A DNA stretch of 57,115 nt, taken from IMG/VR virus record IMGVR_UViG_3300009435_000003. The stretch is one strand, 5' to 3'. The stretch's first letter is position 1. Each line of letters begins with the position of its first letter. Positions 1-9,091 of this stretch are shown in pieces. Source of the DNA: a virus. The position numbers were made by a program, and so were the translations under genes. The notes beneath the pieces are model-generated. The model saw only the letters and a list, made by a program, of their open reading frames with translations, was not told the DNA's origin and ran no database searches.

Positions 1-123
1 AAAGTAACGAGGGGGAGAGCACTTCCCTCCCCCGCATTACCAATTAGATTACTTGAGCAATACGTGCTGGTTAGCAGCGCGAGTTACCAAGCAGCACTCA
101 GAGCGATAGTGGAACTTCGCAAC
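1..123. repeat. Terminal direct repeat, identical to 56993-57115 (circular-assembly overlap or short terminal redundancy)
   Basis: Read directly: both copies run AAAGTAACGAGGGGGAGAGCACTTCC...GGAACTTCGCAAC. Confidence 0.95.
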
Positions 124-1461
124 GTCGGAAGTGTCATTAGTGAAACCAAGTACACCACCACCAGTTACCCAGTGCTCCATTTCTCTGTTGTATCCGTTTG
201 CAGCCTTATAGTTCATCTCCAAAGCAGGAGCTCTGTGACCAGTCTTAGGGTCTGCAACGTCAGTCAAAGGAATCATACATCCCTTAACGATACCCTGACC
301 GCTTGCGTTATTAAGCAAGTTAGGGTTGTTCAAGAGTCCCATCTTCTTAAGGTGGAAAGTATATCCGCCTCTAGCGAAGCTCTGGAAACCGAGGTTGAGA
401 GCTGCATCTTGATTGTTTTGAAACGCACCGAAGTTCGCCGCAACACCAGAAGTAACTGAATCACCAACAGAACCAGCAGCAGAAGGAATGTTATTGATTT
501 GAGCGAAGAGCTGGCTATTCAACATAGCAGCATACTCAGGAGTAGCACCTTGCTTATCCAAGAGAGCAATCAACGCATCAAGGTCAGCAACCGAATCCAA
601 GTCCGCAGCAGCCGCAGAGGTAATACCTCTAGAAGCAACAGCATCGAAGTACCCTTCAGTACCAGCAATACCGGCAGGGCCATGTGTACCCGCCAGCTTC
701 TTGCCCATCAACATGGTGAGTTCTCTAGCGTCCATAAAACGCTGACGAGCATCCATCTCACCTTTGATGTACCATCGGTAGTCTCCTCCACCAACGTCGA
801 TATAACCGATGTTAGTTGCAGCAGAACCACTCACTTGGTAAGTCTCTTTCACGATAGCAAAAGGATTGGTTCTCTTCACAACGTTAGATTCGATGAAACG
901 TCCCGGCTGGTCTGTTCCCTGAGCATACATGTTACCCACGATAGGTAGCTCATGCGCCGCAGCGGTAACAGCACTTAAGTTAGAATCAGCGAAGTTAGCA
1001 ATAGTGAATGCACCATCGGCAGGAGTCGTAGCTGTAACGATACACACAACCTTGTCGATTGGGTGAATTACGAGGTCTCCTTTTCTAACCTTCAATGCCT
1101 CTACATCAGCATAATCGTCAGCGTCCTCAGCGTCGGCAGCAGCGAATGCTTGAGTCTTTCCAGTGGCAATCTCCGTTGCAACTGTAACGGCTTGAATTGG
1201 GTGGAGACGGGTCTCCTCAAAGTAGGTTACCTCATCGTTAGTTCCTACAGCTTTTGTAGCCCCCATCAACTCCAACAAACCAGAGATACCCTGATTTCCA
1301 AAAGTTTTAATAAGGTCTTTTCTCACATCGGGTGCGAGAACGCTTGCCAAGTCGCCCAAAGAAGCATACTTGCTTACTGGTGCGCCTAAGTTAAAAGCGT
1401 TGTTTGTTGCTCCATTGGGAGCGTTTGAACGGGCGGTTGCGCCCTGTTGTCCTAAGGCCAT
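49..1461 (-). CDS. Major capsid protein (putative)
   Basis: 470 aa, ATG start. Lies directly downstream of an acidic scaffold-like ORF and is followed by a strong hairpin terminator. Call is positional and by size; no motif recognised. Confidence 0.6.
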   Translation of the reverse strand: MALGQQGATARSNAPNGATNNAFNLGAPVSKYASLGDLASVLAPDVRKDLIKTFGNQGISGLLELMGATKAVGTNDEVTYFEETRLHPIQAVTVATEIATGKTQAFAAADAEDADDYADVEALKVRKGDLVIHPIDKVVCIVTATTPADGAFTIANFADSNLSAVTAAAHELPIVGNMYAQGTDQPGRFIESNVVKRTNPFAIVKETYQVSGSAATNIGYIDVGGGDYRWYIKGEMDARQRFMDARELTMLMGKKLAGTHGPAGIAGTEGYFDAVASRGITSAAAADLDSVADLDALIALLDKQGATPEYAAMLNSQLFAQINNIPSAAGSVGDSVTSGVAANFGAFQNNQDAALNLGFQSFARGGYTFHLKKMGLLNNPNLLNNASGQGIVKGCMIPLTDVADPKTGHRAPALEMNYKAANGYNREMEHWVTGGGVLGFTNDTSDVAKFHYRSECCLVTRAANQHVLLK

Positions 1462-1475
1462 TTGTTCTAAGTTTT

Positions 1476-2588
1476 TTAGATGTTAAAAGTCATTGTTCCC
1501 CTACCACCTAAAGCTTTTCTGAGTTGTTCTGCAACACCATCTGATTGACCTTGAGACATGTCCCTTTGAGTTGTATCGTTGCTCACATTAGCTGCCGTTT
1601 GCACAACCTTTCTTTGACCATCGCTTAGTCCCTGTTGGTACACAGACTTTACAATAGAATCAATGTTGTCTACTACAGCTCTATGAGCATTGAGTTTCTC
1701 AAAGTTCCAGTCACCTCCGTCATTCACATAGTCGTCGAAGTATTCCTCTAGTCGAGAGTTCTTACTAATGAGTTGTGACCGATAGTCTTCTTTGATTCCA
1801 TAGGTGAATTTCTCACCCGAAGGAAGTTCAAATACTAAACCATCAAAGTCTTTTACCTCAGCAGTCATTGTTCTCACCCAGTCTTCAGTAATAGGAGATT
1901 GCGCTTCCGTCTCTCCGTTCTCATCAACAGGAAGCTGGTAAGCGTCCCTGAGTTCGGAGATAGACTTCCGTGCGGATTCCGCATCCATCTTGAGTTGAAG
2001 TTTCGCTAGGTTGACATCGCCCTCTTCAAAACGGTCGGCATCCAGTTTGTATTTGCTGGTCATCAACAAAGCCACCTCATCTGTTGTGAGATTGCCATGT
2101 TCAATAACCATCTGGTTTCGTACAGCTGTAAGGTCATCCATTTCGGATGGGTTCAACTGCTGATACTTGTACCAGTCTTCTGGACTACGACCCGTCTTGC
2201 GGACGAAATCATTGATAGCGGAAACGCGCTCGTCGATTTCAACGGGTTTATTTGAAATCACGTCGGACAAGTAGTCATAACCAGAGACCTCTGTCCCAAG
2301 CTTTTCGCTTAGATACTTGAGGACTTCGGAATCGACATCCAAGCCTTCGAATGATTCAGATTCTTTTACAGCTTCCTGAAGAGACTCTGAAGGTTGAGCT
2401 TCAGGCTCTGCAACAGGTTGCGGATTTTCAGTAGTAGCTGGTTCAGCCACGACTTCATTTTGGACAGGCTCCACTGGAGCATCTGCCACGGTTTCTTCCA
2501 CAGCATTTTGTGTAGGTTCTTGTACTGGCGGTGTGTCGCTAATTGCAAACCCAGCCTCCGCCATTGCGGTTTCTAAATCTTTACTCAT
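1476..2588 (-). CDS. Scaffolding protein (putative)
   Basis: 370 aa with an acidic, Pro/Glu/Val-rich N-terminus and helical charged rest. Lies immediately upstream of the capsid gene. Confidence 0.55.
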   Translation of the reverse strand: MSKDLETAMAEAGFAISDTPPVQEPTQNAVEETVADAPVEPVQNEVVAEPATTENPQPVAEPEAQPSESLQEAVKESESFEGLDVDSEVLKYLSEKLGTEVSGYDYLSDVISNKPVEIDERVSAINDFVRKTGRSPEDWYKYQQLNPSEMDDLTAVRNQMVIEHGNLTTDEVALLMTSKYKLDADRFEEGDVNLAKLQLKMDAESARKSISELRDAYQLPVDENGETEAQSPITEDWVRTMTAEVKDFDGLVFELPSGEKFTYGIKEDYRSQLISKNSRLEEYFDDYVNDGGDWNFEKLNAHRAVVDNIDSIVKSVYQQGLSDGQRKVVQTAANVSNDTTQRDMSQGQSDGVAEQLRKALGGRGTMTFNI

Positions 2589-2594
2589 ATTGAA

Positions 2595-2915
2595 TTATTT
2601 GTAAGTTTTCTTTTGGCTTTTTGGTGGTGTCTTACTGTGACCACCTTTGCTCCAAAGGAATCGGTTTGCCCAGTATGCGGCACTACCTTTCCTCTTAATG
2701 TTTTTTGCGTGTCTACTTCTGAAGGCAGCTCTAGCTTTTGAGCTGTAGTTGTTGCCCATGCTCTGGTCACCAAAGCGAACGAGGGCCCCGCCCTCTTGCC
2801 CCGGACCAAGCGTACTAACCACGGCAGCTTTTTTCGTAGCGTGACCGCGCGTCAATTTGGGCTTGTTGACTCCAGCAAAACCCAGTCTCTTAGCCTTTTC
2901 TGAAGCACTAGACAT
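2595..2915 (-). CDS. Small basic protein, unknown function
   Basis: 106 aa, Lys/Arg-rich (RFGDQ..RSRHAKNI..SAAYWANRFLW). Has its own TAnnTTTG box 4 nt upstream of ATG. Confidence 0.6.
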   Translation of the reverse strand: MSSASEKAKRLGFAGVNKPKLTRGHATKKAAVVSTLGPGQEGGALVRFGDQSMGNNYSSKARAAFRSRHAKNIKRKGSAAYWANRFLWSKGGHSKTPPKSQKKTYK

Positions 2916-2927
2916 ACTGCAAATATA
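2916..2927 (-). promoter_or_regulatory. Host-type -7 box TATATTTG + 4 nt + ATG (predicted leaderless transcript)
   Basis: + strand CAAATATA at 2920-2927; ATG at 2915. Confidence 0.55.
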
Positions 2928-2937
2928 ACTCTATTGG

Positions 2938-3138
2938 CTATATATGAATTACACTGCCTGAGTCAAAGGTAAAGCTGTTGTCATAGTCGTTAAAAACACC
3001 ACGGTGCTCGTCCCCTACCTCGGTGTCATTCCAGTTCAAGGAAACCTCCTTGTAGGTTCCTATTTCAGTTGTCTTATCAGATTCAAAAACCTTGTACCCC
3101 GTTCTGGTGCAGATGTAGTATGCTGTTCTGGTTGCCAT
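2938..3138 (-). CDS. Hypothetical protein
   Basis: 66 aa ORF, TAATG overlap with the upstream gene stop. Confidence 0.5.
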   Translation of the reverse strand: MATRTAYYICTRTGYKVFESDKTTEIGTYKEVSLNWNDTEVGDEHRGVFNDYDNSFTFDSGSVIHI

Positions 3139-4016
3139 TAGCTTTCAATAAATCTAACGTCGTCAATAGCAAAGTCAGAGGAAAAGTTGTTGGGTGCCTC
3201 GTAAACGAAGTAGATGTAGTTCGTGACTTGGGAGGCTCTGTAGTTGTCTAGACTAATAACGTGCTCCACCCAATAAGAGCTGGTACCACTCCAAGTCGCT
3301 GAGGCAGGAGTTATTGAGGTGTGCTGGCCGCCAGCCGTATTCGTCATCGTGACTCTCCTAGTACTAGTGTTGTAGGCACCAGTTAAAGTAGCAAGAAGCG
3401 TTGCTTGGTCAGAAGCAGAGCTTGCTGCGTCGTCAATGTAAACTTTCAATACACCGGGAGCACTACCAAACATGTGCGCGTAGAACTTCAGGTCTAAACT
3501 ATTAGTCCCATCAGCCAGCTCGTTCTTAAAGATAAAGCCGGGAGTCCTCATTAGATAGAGGTTGCTTGTATCCAAGATTCCCGTGGCCTCGGTATAGGCA
3601 TACCTTGTTCCTGATGCGGTATCGTGAGTACCTAAGCTACCTCCATCAAACCCTGCGTGAGCTCCATTTGGGCCTGTGTTTCCAGAGCCAGTAGCGTTTG
3701 AATCAATCCTCCAGCCCGTAGCTGTCTTAGTCGTGCTGAGGCCCGCATTCTGCTGCGTTTGATTTTGAACCCACTTATTGTTAGTTGCTGAAGTGCAGTC
3801 TGCTCCACTAGCCCAACTGGACATGTCACCACTAGGTGACCACCCGCCACCCGAAGTCGTAGTGTTTACCGTTTGACCATTAAACGTCCAATGCTCAGAG
3901 AACGGGGTGCTACCAGCAACGCCAGCCAGCTCAGCAATACTGTTGATAGTAGTGCCGTTGATTTCTGCAACGTCGGCCTTTGCAACTCCAGAAAATGTGG
4001 CAAAATTTACTGGCAT
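3138..4016 (-). CDS. Fiber/receptor-binding protein with MAM / concanavalin-like lectin domain
   Basis: 292 aa. GPNGAHAGFDGG..YAYTEATG..LMRTPGF..LKFYAHMFG..GVLKVYID..FAIDDVRF matches the MAM-domain pattern from memory. Confidence 0.5.
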   Translation of the reverse strand: MPVNFATFSGVAKADVAEINGTTINSIAELAGVAGSTPFSEHWTFNGQTVNTTTSGGGWSPSGDMSSWASGADCTSATNNKWVQNQTQQNAGLSTTKTATGWRIDSNATGSGNTGPNGAHAGFDGGSLGTHDTASGTRYAYTEATGILDTSNLYLMRTPGFIFKNELADGTNSLDLKFYAHMFGSAPGVLKVYIDDAASSASDQATLLATLTGAYNTSTRRVTMTNTAGGQHTSITPASATWSGTSSYWVEHVISLDNYRASQVTNYIYFVYEAPNNFSSDFAIDDVRFIES

Positions 4017-4019
4017 GCC

Positions 4020-5069
4020 TTAGCTGATTTTCACCCAGCTACGGTCTGGATAGAAATAAATGAGTGCATTACTTGCATCAATAACGTACCCAATAATTCT
4101 TGAATAGTAGTTCTGAGTAGTTGGAGGGGATGACGCGACAGTGCCGCTCGAAGCCCCTAGATACAGAGGCGTTCCTTGTGCGGCTGTACTCCAGCCCTGA
4201 TTAGTAGCCATTTTAATACAGCCTTCAAGTAAAAGCTCTTGAGGGCTCACCGCGTCAGTAGTGCAAAACAACATTGTCGTTCCAGCAGCCGATGATGTAT
4301 GGTCAGCTGTGGTGATGGGGTTTGTGCCCTGCCCTTGAGAGTACCTCATGACCCTTCCGGCACTTAGGGTTCCTTGAAAGGAGCCACCTTTTACTAATAG
4401 CCTCGAACCTATTCCAAACGCACCAACTGTATTAACAGATACTAGGCCAACATCGATTTCTGCGGACGTAAGCGTCTGGGACCTAACAACACCAGTTGCT
4501 GCAACACCCGTAACAACAGCCGCAGTAAACGAACCAGCCGTAATTTTGTGAGTGCCAGAAGAATAGGTGATTTCAGAGTCAGAGGTAAGGGTGTCTGCGT
4601 CGCTCCAAATAGCAATCCTGTCTGCCCCTCCGCTACCGTCGATAGTTCCACCGCCTCCCGAAATCGTGCTAAAGGAAAGGGCTCCGCTTCCGTTTGTTGT
4701 TAACGCCTGCCCATTGGTGCCATCTGCTGTAGGAAGAGTTAGTGTATAAGCTTCCGTAAGGTTAGGGGCTGCAATACTAACCGTATCTGAGCCGTCATTA
4801 GATGCCTCAAACAGTGTAAGTTTGCCGGGCTGAGAGGCGACGGCACCTTTAACCTCTATGTCTTTCGCCTGAAATAACACACCGTCTTGCTGGGCATTGG
4901 TTGGCCCACTAGAAAGCCTAAGGATTTCGGTGCTATGTTCACTAATGAACTTTAAAGTACTTCCGTTACCGGAAATAGTATAAGTCCTGTCGGCATCAGC
5001 CTGTGTGAGGCTGGTAGTACCTATGTTACCATCCTCAGTTGTAAGTATTCTTTTCCAAGTTGCAGACAT
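4020..5069 (-). CDS. Tail fiber protein
   Basis: 349 aa. N-terminus MSATWKRILTTEDG is shared with the 483-aa fiber; Gly/Thr/Ser-rich beta-type sequence. Confidence 0.55.
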   Translation of the reverse strand: MSATWKRILTTEDGNIGTTSLTQADADRTYTISGNGSTLKFISEHSTEILRLSSGPTNAQQDGVLFQAKDIEVKGAVASQPGKLTLFEASNDGSDTVSIAAPNLTEAYTLTLPTADGTNGQALTTNGSGALSFSTISGGGGTIDGSGGADRIAIWSDADTLTSDSEITYSSGTHKITAGSFTAAVVTGVAATGVVRSQTLTSAEIDVGLVSVNTVGAFGIGSRLLVKGGSFQGTLSAGRVMRYSQGQGTNPITTADHTSSAAGTTMLFCTTDAVSPQELLLEGCIKMATNQGWSTAAQGTPLYLGASSGTVASSPPTTQNYYSRIIGYVIDASNALIYFYPDRSWVKIS

Positions 5070-5078
5070 GGTGCGCGG

Positions 5079-5258
5079 TTATTTTGCAACCCTCACGCCA
5101 TTGGCTGCTTCTTTCTTTTCTTCAAGCTTCAGTAGTCTGTCAAACTCCCTTTCGAGTTTGGACACCAAATCACCTACCACCTTGGCATCCACGGCTTTGA
5201 TGGTTTGGTTTTCTACAGACTTCTTACAGAGGGCGACTTCAGTGATGTCTAATTTCAT
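5079..5258 (-). CDS. Small coiled-coil protein (59 aa, below the ORF-track cutoff)
   Basis: Hand translation gives MKLDITEVALCKKSVENQTIKAVDAKVVGDLVSKLEREFDRLLKLEEKKEAANGVRVAK*. It fills an otherwise empty 200-bp gap in the co-oriented operon. Confidence 0.5.
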   Translation of the reverse strand: MKLDITEVALCKKSVENQTIKAVDAKVVGDLVSKLEREFDRLLKLEEKKEAANGVRVAK

Positions 5259-5276
5259 TTAAATGAGGGTTTGAAT

Positions 5277-5450
5277 TTATTTCGATTTCAACTGGTTCTG
5301 TAGTTTTTGCACTACGGCTGCCAGCAAAAGTACGTCCTTTCCGTCGAACTTGCAATCATGCACGACCTTTAAAAGAAAGGTGAGTTCTGGATGACTAAGG
5401 GTGTCAGTAGTTACACCGACACCCTTGTCACGGTTCTTTAATAGGCTCAT
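5277..5450 (-). CDS. Hypothetical protein
   Basis: Track ORF starts at TTG 5459. First ATG (MSLLKN...) is at 5450, 5 nt after the upstream stop. Confidence 0.45.
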   Translation of the reverse strand: MSLLKNRDKGVGVTTDTLSHPELTFLLKVVHDCKFDGKDVLLLAAVVQKLQNQLKSK

Positions 5451-5455
5451 TCTTA

Positions 5456-6907
5456 TCAAGCTCCGTCAATGTACAGGTAAAGTCCCGCTGTACCAGTGCC
5501 AGTGCCATCGTTAAACGCAAGGCTACCCTGTGGCATCGTAGTGATTGTAGGGTCGGCTGCATACTTGTTCAGTACCGCAACACCCATTTGAGGGAGCGAA
5601 GCCCCGGAGTCTCTTACCTCCCATCCGGAGAGACCCACGCTTGAGTCAACCCACTTGAAACTTGCTTTGTTTGCAGAAGTTGTAGTGGTGTCAACAATAA
5701 GACCCGCTCCGTCTGCGGTAGCGTCCGAGTGAGCACCCTCAGCAATCTCAATGGTCTTGTCTTCGACCGTCAACGTTTGAACATCAACAGATGATGTAGA
5801 GCCATTTACGACGAGGTCACCGTTAATGGTAACAGTAGTGTCAGCACCTTCGGACGTTGCCGCAGCAATCGTCATCGCCGTTTCAAGGCTGTTCGCGTTG
5901 GTCGTTCCGTCGGCATCAACGGTAGATGTCTTAAATAAGATGTCACCACCGATACCAGCACCAGTACTAATACCACCTGAGAAGGTCAGGTCGGATGCGC
6001 TGCCGTTACTGCCTGTGCCGTCTGCACCAGCCATAGAAGTCATCCCCGTCAGCGCAGCGGCCAAGTCAATGGTTACACTTCCAGAGGCACCACCACCACC
6101 GAGGTTTGTGCCAGCGGTAACATTCGTGATGTCACCAGTATTCGTAGTGTACCCGAATGACGTAATGCGGTCATTGATTGCCGCAGAGGTCATAAGAGAT
6201 GTGTCGTTGTCGGCGAAAGCTTCGCTTGAAAGCTGAATAGAGTTAGCCGCGAACTCAGACACAGTCAGTCCAGAAACGTCTAATGTGACAGAACCAGAAG
6301 CTCCGCCACCGGAGAGACCTGTACCAGCAGTAACACCTGTAATGTCACCAGTGTTTGTGGTGTAGCCGAATGACTCAATGCGGTCGTTAACAGCCGCAGA
6401 AGTCATGATGGACGTATCATTGTCTGCAAACGCCTCGTTTGAGAGTTGAATCGAGTTGGCCGCGAACTCAGTTACCGTCAATCCTGAGACATCCAGCGTA
6501 ACGCTACCGGAGGCACCGCCCCCAGAAAGACCAGTTCCCGCAGTAACGCCCGTGACGTCACCGGTGTTTGTCGTATATCCAAATGATGTAATGCGGTCAT
6601 TAATCGCAGCCGATGTCATAATAGACGTATCGTTGTCTGCGAATGCCTCACTCGAAAGTTGAATCGAAGCTGCTGCGAACTCAGATACGGTTAACCCGGA
6701 AACGTCGAGGGTGACGGCCCCTGAAGCACCGCCTCCAGTAAGACCAGTGCCTGCCGTTACACCCGTAATGTCACCAGTGTTGGAGGTGTACCCGAGTCCA
6801 GTTACAAAGTCGTGTACCGCATCCGCGTCCGGCAGAGCGGAACTGCCGTTCGTTACCGTGTCGGTAGTATCAGCGGTTGTAAGTATTCTTCTCCAAGATG
6901 CTGCCAT
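5456..6907 (-). CDS. Tail fiber protein with 3.5 tandem 71-aa repeats
   Basis: 483 aa. N-terminus MAASWRRILTTAD. Repeat unit is GDITGVTAGTGLxGGGASGxVTLDVSGLTVxEFAAxSIQLSxEAFADNDTSxMTSAAxNDRIxSFGYTTNT. Confidence 0.65.
   Translation of the reverse strand: MAASWRRILTTADTTDTVTNGSSALPDADAVHDFVTGLGYTSNTGDITGVTAGTGLTGGGASGAVTLDVSGLTVSEFAAASIQLSSEAFADNDTSIMTSAAINDRITSFGYTTNTGDVTGVTAGTGLSGGGASGSVTLDVSGLTVTEFAANSIQLSNEAFADNDTSIMTSAAVNDRIESFGYTTNTGDITGVTAGTGLSGGGASGSVTLDVSGLTVSEFAANSIQLSSEAFADNDTSLMTSAAINDRITSFGYTTNTGDITNVTAGTNLGGGGASGSVTIDLAAALTGMTSMAGADGTGSNGSASDLTFSGGISTGAGIGGDILFKTSTVDADGTTNANSLETAMTIAAATSEGADTTVTINGDLVVNGSTSSVDVQTLTVEDKTIEIAEGAHSDATADGAGLIVDTTTTSANKASFKWVDSSVGLSGWEVRDSGASLPQMGVAVLNKYAADPTITTMPQGSLAFNDGTGTGTAGLYLYIDGA
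6040..6820 (-). repeat. Tandem 213-bp coding repeats (about 3.5 copies) inside the fiber gene
   Basis: Protein repeats at aa 45-115, 116-186, 187-257 and a partial fourth. The DNA copies differ visibly, mostly at third positions. Confidence 0.8.
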
Positions 6908-6950
6908 AATTGATTTTTTTTAAACGTTGCTAAGTTAAGGACAATTTAGT

Positions 6951-7445
6951 TTATTCTGAATCGACTCCGAAGTACAGGTCGTCGTTGTCGTCGGCGTACA
7001 TACCCCCTTGAAAAGCGGCGGGTGGTGAGCCTGCCGGAAACACCTTGAACTCCACAACCCCATCTAGATTTATTTTACCTGTCCCGTTTGGGGTAAACTG
7101 AATGTCACCATTGGTTTGAGTAGTGGTAATTTTAAATGCGGTCGTGCCATCAAACAAGTCGAGGTCTCCGCCAAGCTGAGGGCTGGTGTCTTCAACGACA
7201 TTGTTTAACCCACTTCCAGTACCAATTTCCGTCCAGTTATTAGCATCCGTCCAAGTGCCGCCACCATAGATAAATGGTGTAGTCCCTACGATTGCCAAGA
7301 AACCACTTACCCTAAGGTTTGAATTCAATGCATCTCTCTCACCCGTGTTCGCAAAAAAACCAAAGCCTTTTACCTGATTGCCAGTGGCATCAAGGATAGG
7401 AGCGTTGGGGTTATTGTGCGATACTGGTCCGGGAAAAATTGGCAT
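6951..7445 (-). CDS. Tail fiber-associated protein
   Basis: 164 aa. VEDTSPQLGGDLDL..NGDIQFTPNGTGKINL resembles motifs common in phage fibers. Confidence 0.45.
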   Translation of the reverse strand: MPIFPGPVSHNNPNAPILDATGNQVKGFGFFANTGERDALNSNLRVSGFLAIVGTTPFIYGGGTWTDANNWTEIGTGSGLNNVVEDTSPQLGGDLDLFDGTTAFKITTTQTNGDIQFTPNGTGKINLDGVVEFKVFPAGSPPAAFQGGMYADDNDDLYFGVDSE

Positions 7446-8689
7446 CAGAAATCAATAGTTAGAATCTGACCGGATGCAAAAGCTTTGTCGAAGTCGCTTC
7501 TGTAAAACCGATAAGATGTAGTTACACCATAGGGATTAGTTAAATTGTAATCTACTGGAGACTGGAAGTCGGACAGAACGTCCACACCAGCCAAGTCCAC
7601 TTTATTGAGGTTGCCAAATGAGGCCGGGTACGCAATCCAAGTATAGTTAAGTGCTGTGTCCATTGCGGCATTAGCAGTAACATTGAAGTCTGACTCAGAG
7701 CGAAGGGCATTGAAGGCAGTCGTAAGTCCAGAATCAAAAAGTGCTTGGGCACTAGCGTCAGAGTTGATTGCAGTTGTGGTCGAGCCACCTACCTTGAGCC
7801 TAGGTCTAAACGAAATAGTAATGCTTCCGCTGGTTATAGTTTGGTCTCCAAGCCCAGAACCCCCGTCGTCGATAGCGGTGGCTTTGTACGACACACTAGT
7901 ATTGTTACCTGTATCCTGCTCCTCTACAGATGATAAGGTCTTTGTTCCGTTTGCGTCTGAGAATCCCTGCTCAATAACACTGCTTCCTCTTAGGAACTTT
8001 ACGGAGTTATCTGTCGTTTGAGTATTGTCTCCGATAGAAATGGTAAAAGCAGAGACCCTAATACCCTGCCCCATCTCTAGCGTTTCATTTGAGCTACGTG
8101 TACTGAATGAACCATACCCACCACCAGTCTCCTGAAGTGCTCTGGTAATAGACGACATAGAAATGTTAGTTCGATTGTACTGCTCCAACATGTTTCTAAG
8201 TACAGCCTCGATAGAAGTGCCCGCAGTTATTGGGGTAGTCATGTGCGAAAACGCAGCATCGTTATTTGAGATTGTGATAGCCGATGTAATGTTAGAGCTC
8301 ACATCACTCCATTGAGTGTTGTAGTTTACTCCGTCAATCTTTGTAAGTGCTTGACCTGCTGTTCCACCAACAGGAACACCCTGACCCGCTGCTCCGTCCT
8401 GACCATCAGTGCCGTCAGTGCCGTCAGTGCCGTCAGTGCCATTAGTACCGTTAGTGCCTGCTGGTCCCTGCGGTCCCTGCGCTCCTTGCGGACCTTGTGG
8501 TCCCTGCAATCCTTGCGCTCCAGCAGGTCCAGCACCAATAGCCCCAGCAATAGAAATAGAGTTGTCTGCTACCTGATTAACGGTAACGACTTTAGTGTCA
8601 GAACCACCATTAACAATAGACACCTTGATGATGTCACCGTGCTGGCTGGATACTTTTACATTATTAGGCTGGGTTACACTTACAGGCAT
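7445..8689 (-). CDS. Collagen-like fiber protein
   Basis: 414 aa with a Gly-X-Y run: [46 protein letters not shown]. Confidence 0.65.
   Translation of the reverse strand: MPVSVTQPNNVKVSSQHGDIIKVSIVNGGSDTKVVTVNQVADNSISIAGAIGAGPAGAQGLQGPQGPQGAQGPQGPAGTNGTNGTDGTDGTDGTDGQDGAAGQGVPVGGTAGQALTKIDGVNYNTQWSDVSSNITSAITISNNDAAFSHMTTPITAGTSIEAVLRNMLEQYNRTNISMSSITRALQETGGGYGSFSTRSSNETLEMGQGIRVSAFTISIGDNTQTTDNSVKFLRGSSVIEQGFSDANGTKTLSSVEEQDTGNNTSVSYKATAIDDGGSGLGDQTITSGSITISFRPRLKVGGSTTTAINSDASAQALFDSGLTTAFNALRSESDFNVTANAAMDTALNYTWIAYPASFGNLNKVDLAGVDVLSDFQSPVDYNLTNPYGVTTSYRFYRSDFDKAFASGQILTIDF
8398..8460 (-). repeat. 9-bp microsatellite (about 6 units, CAGTGCCGT-type) encoding (GTD/GTN)n
   Basis: Read directly at 8401-8460: cagtgccgtcagtgccgtcagtgccgtcagtgccattagtaccgttagtgcc. 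Confidence 0.8.
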
Positions 8690-8698
8690 GGTGCTTCA

Positions 8699-9091
8699 TT
8701 ACGCGGTTATTGAAACATCTTCGTTCACCTTCAGTGTACCAAAAATCAAAGTAGATACAACTGCTGCTGTCTTCTGCTCGACATCATAGATGTAAAGACC
8801 TGATGGCATAGTCTTCATAACAGATGCAGCTACGGTAATGTCGATGAACTTAGCTGTTACGTCATCTGAGTCAGCCGTAACTGAAGCCGCAAAATTTACG
8901 TTGTCTGTGTTTTTCACATGGTCCCCTATGTCGGAGTGTCTAACCTCAAAGAGAAACACGTCTCCAGACTTAAAGGCTGCACCACCAGTAGAATTAGTTA
9001 CGGTGAGACGAAGAGAGAAGGTGTCCCCCTTTCTGCAAGTCACATCTACCCTTGATGAGGTGTCTAGGTTAATCTTAGTTGCGTTACTCAT
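8699..9091 (-). CDS. Beta-sandwich-type structural protein, unknown role
   Basis: Track ORF starts at TTG 9097; the ATG (MSNATKINLD) is at 9091. Overlaps the portal stop by 8 nt. Confidence 0.45.
   Translation of the reverse strand: MSNATKINLDTSSRVDVTCRKGDTFSLRLTVTNSTGGAAFKSGDVFLFEVRHSDIGDHVKNTDNVNFAASVTADSDDVTAKFIDITVAASVMKTMPSGLYIYDVEQKTAAVVSTLIFGTLKVNEDVSITA

Noticed and set aside
5005-5262. 85-aa + strand ORF in the gap between fiber genes
   Set aside because: It is a Ser/Leu/Phe-rich junk-like sequence on the wrong strand. The mirror - strand 59-aa coiled-coil ORF (5079-5258) fits the operon better.
5456-8689. Diversity-generating retroelement or phase-variation system acting on the fiber repeats
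   Set aside because: There is no reverse transcriptase, no template/variable repeat pair with A-specific differences, and no invertase or inverted repeats.
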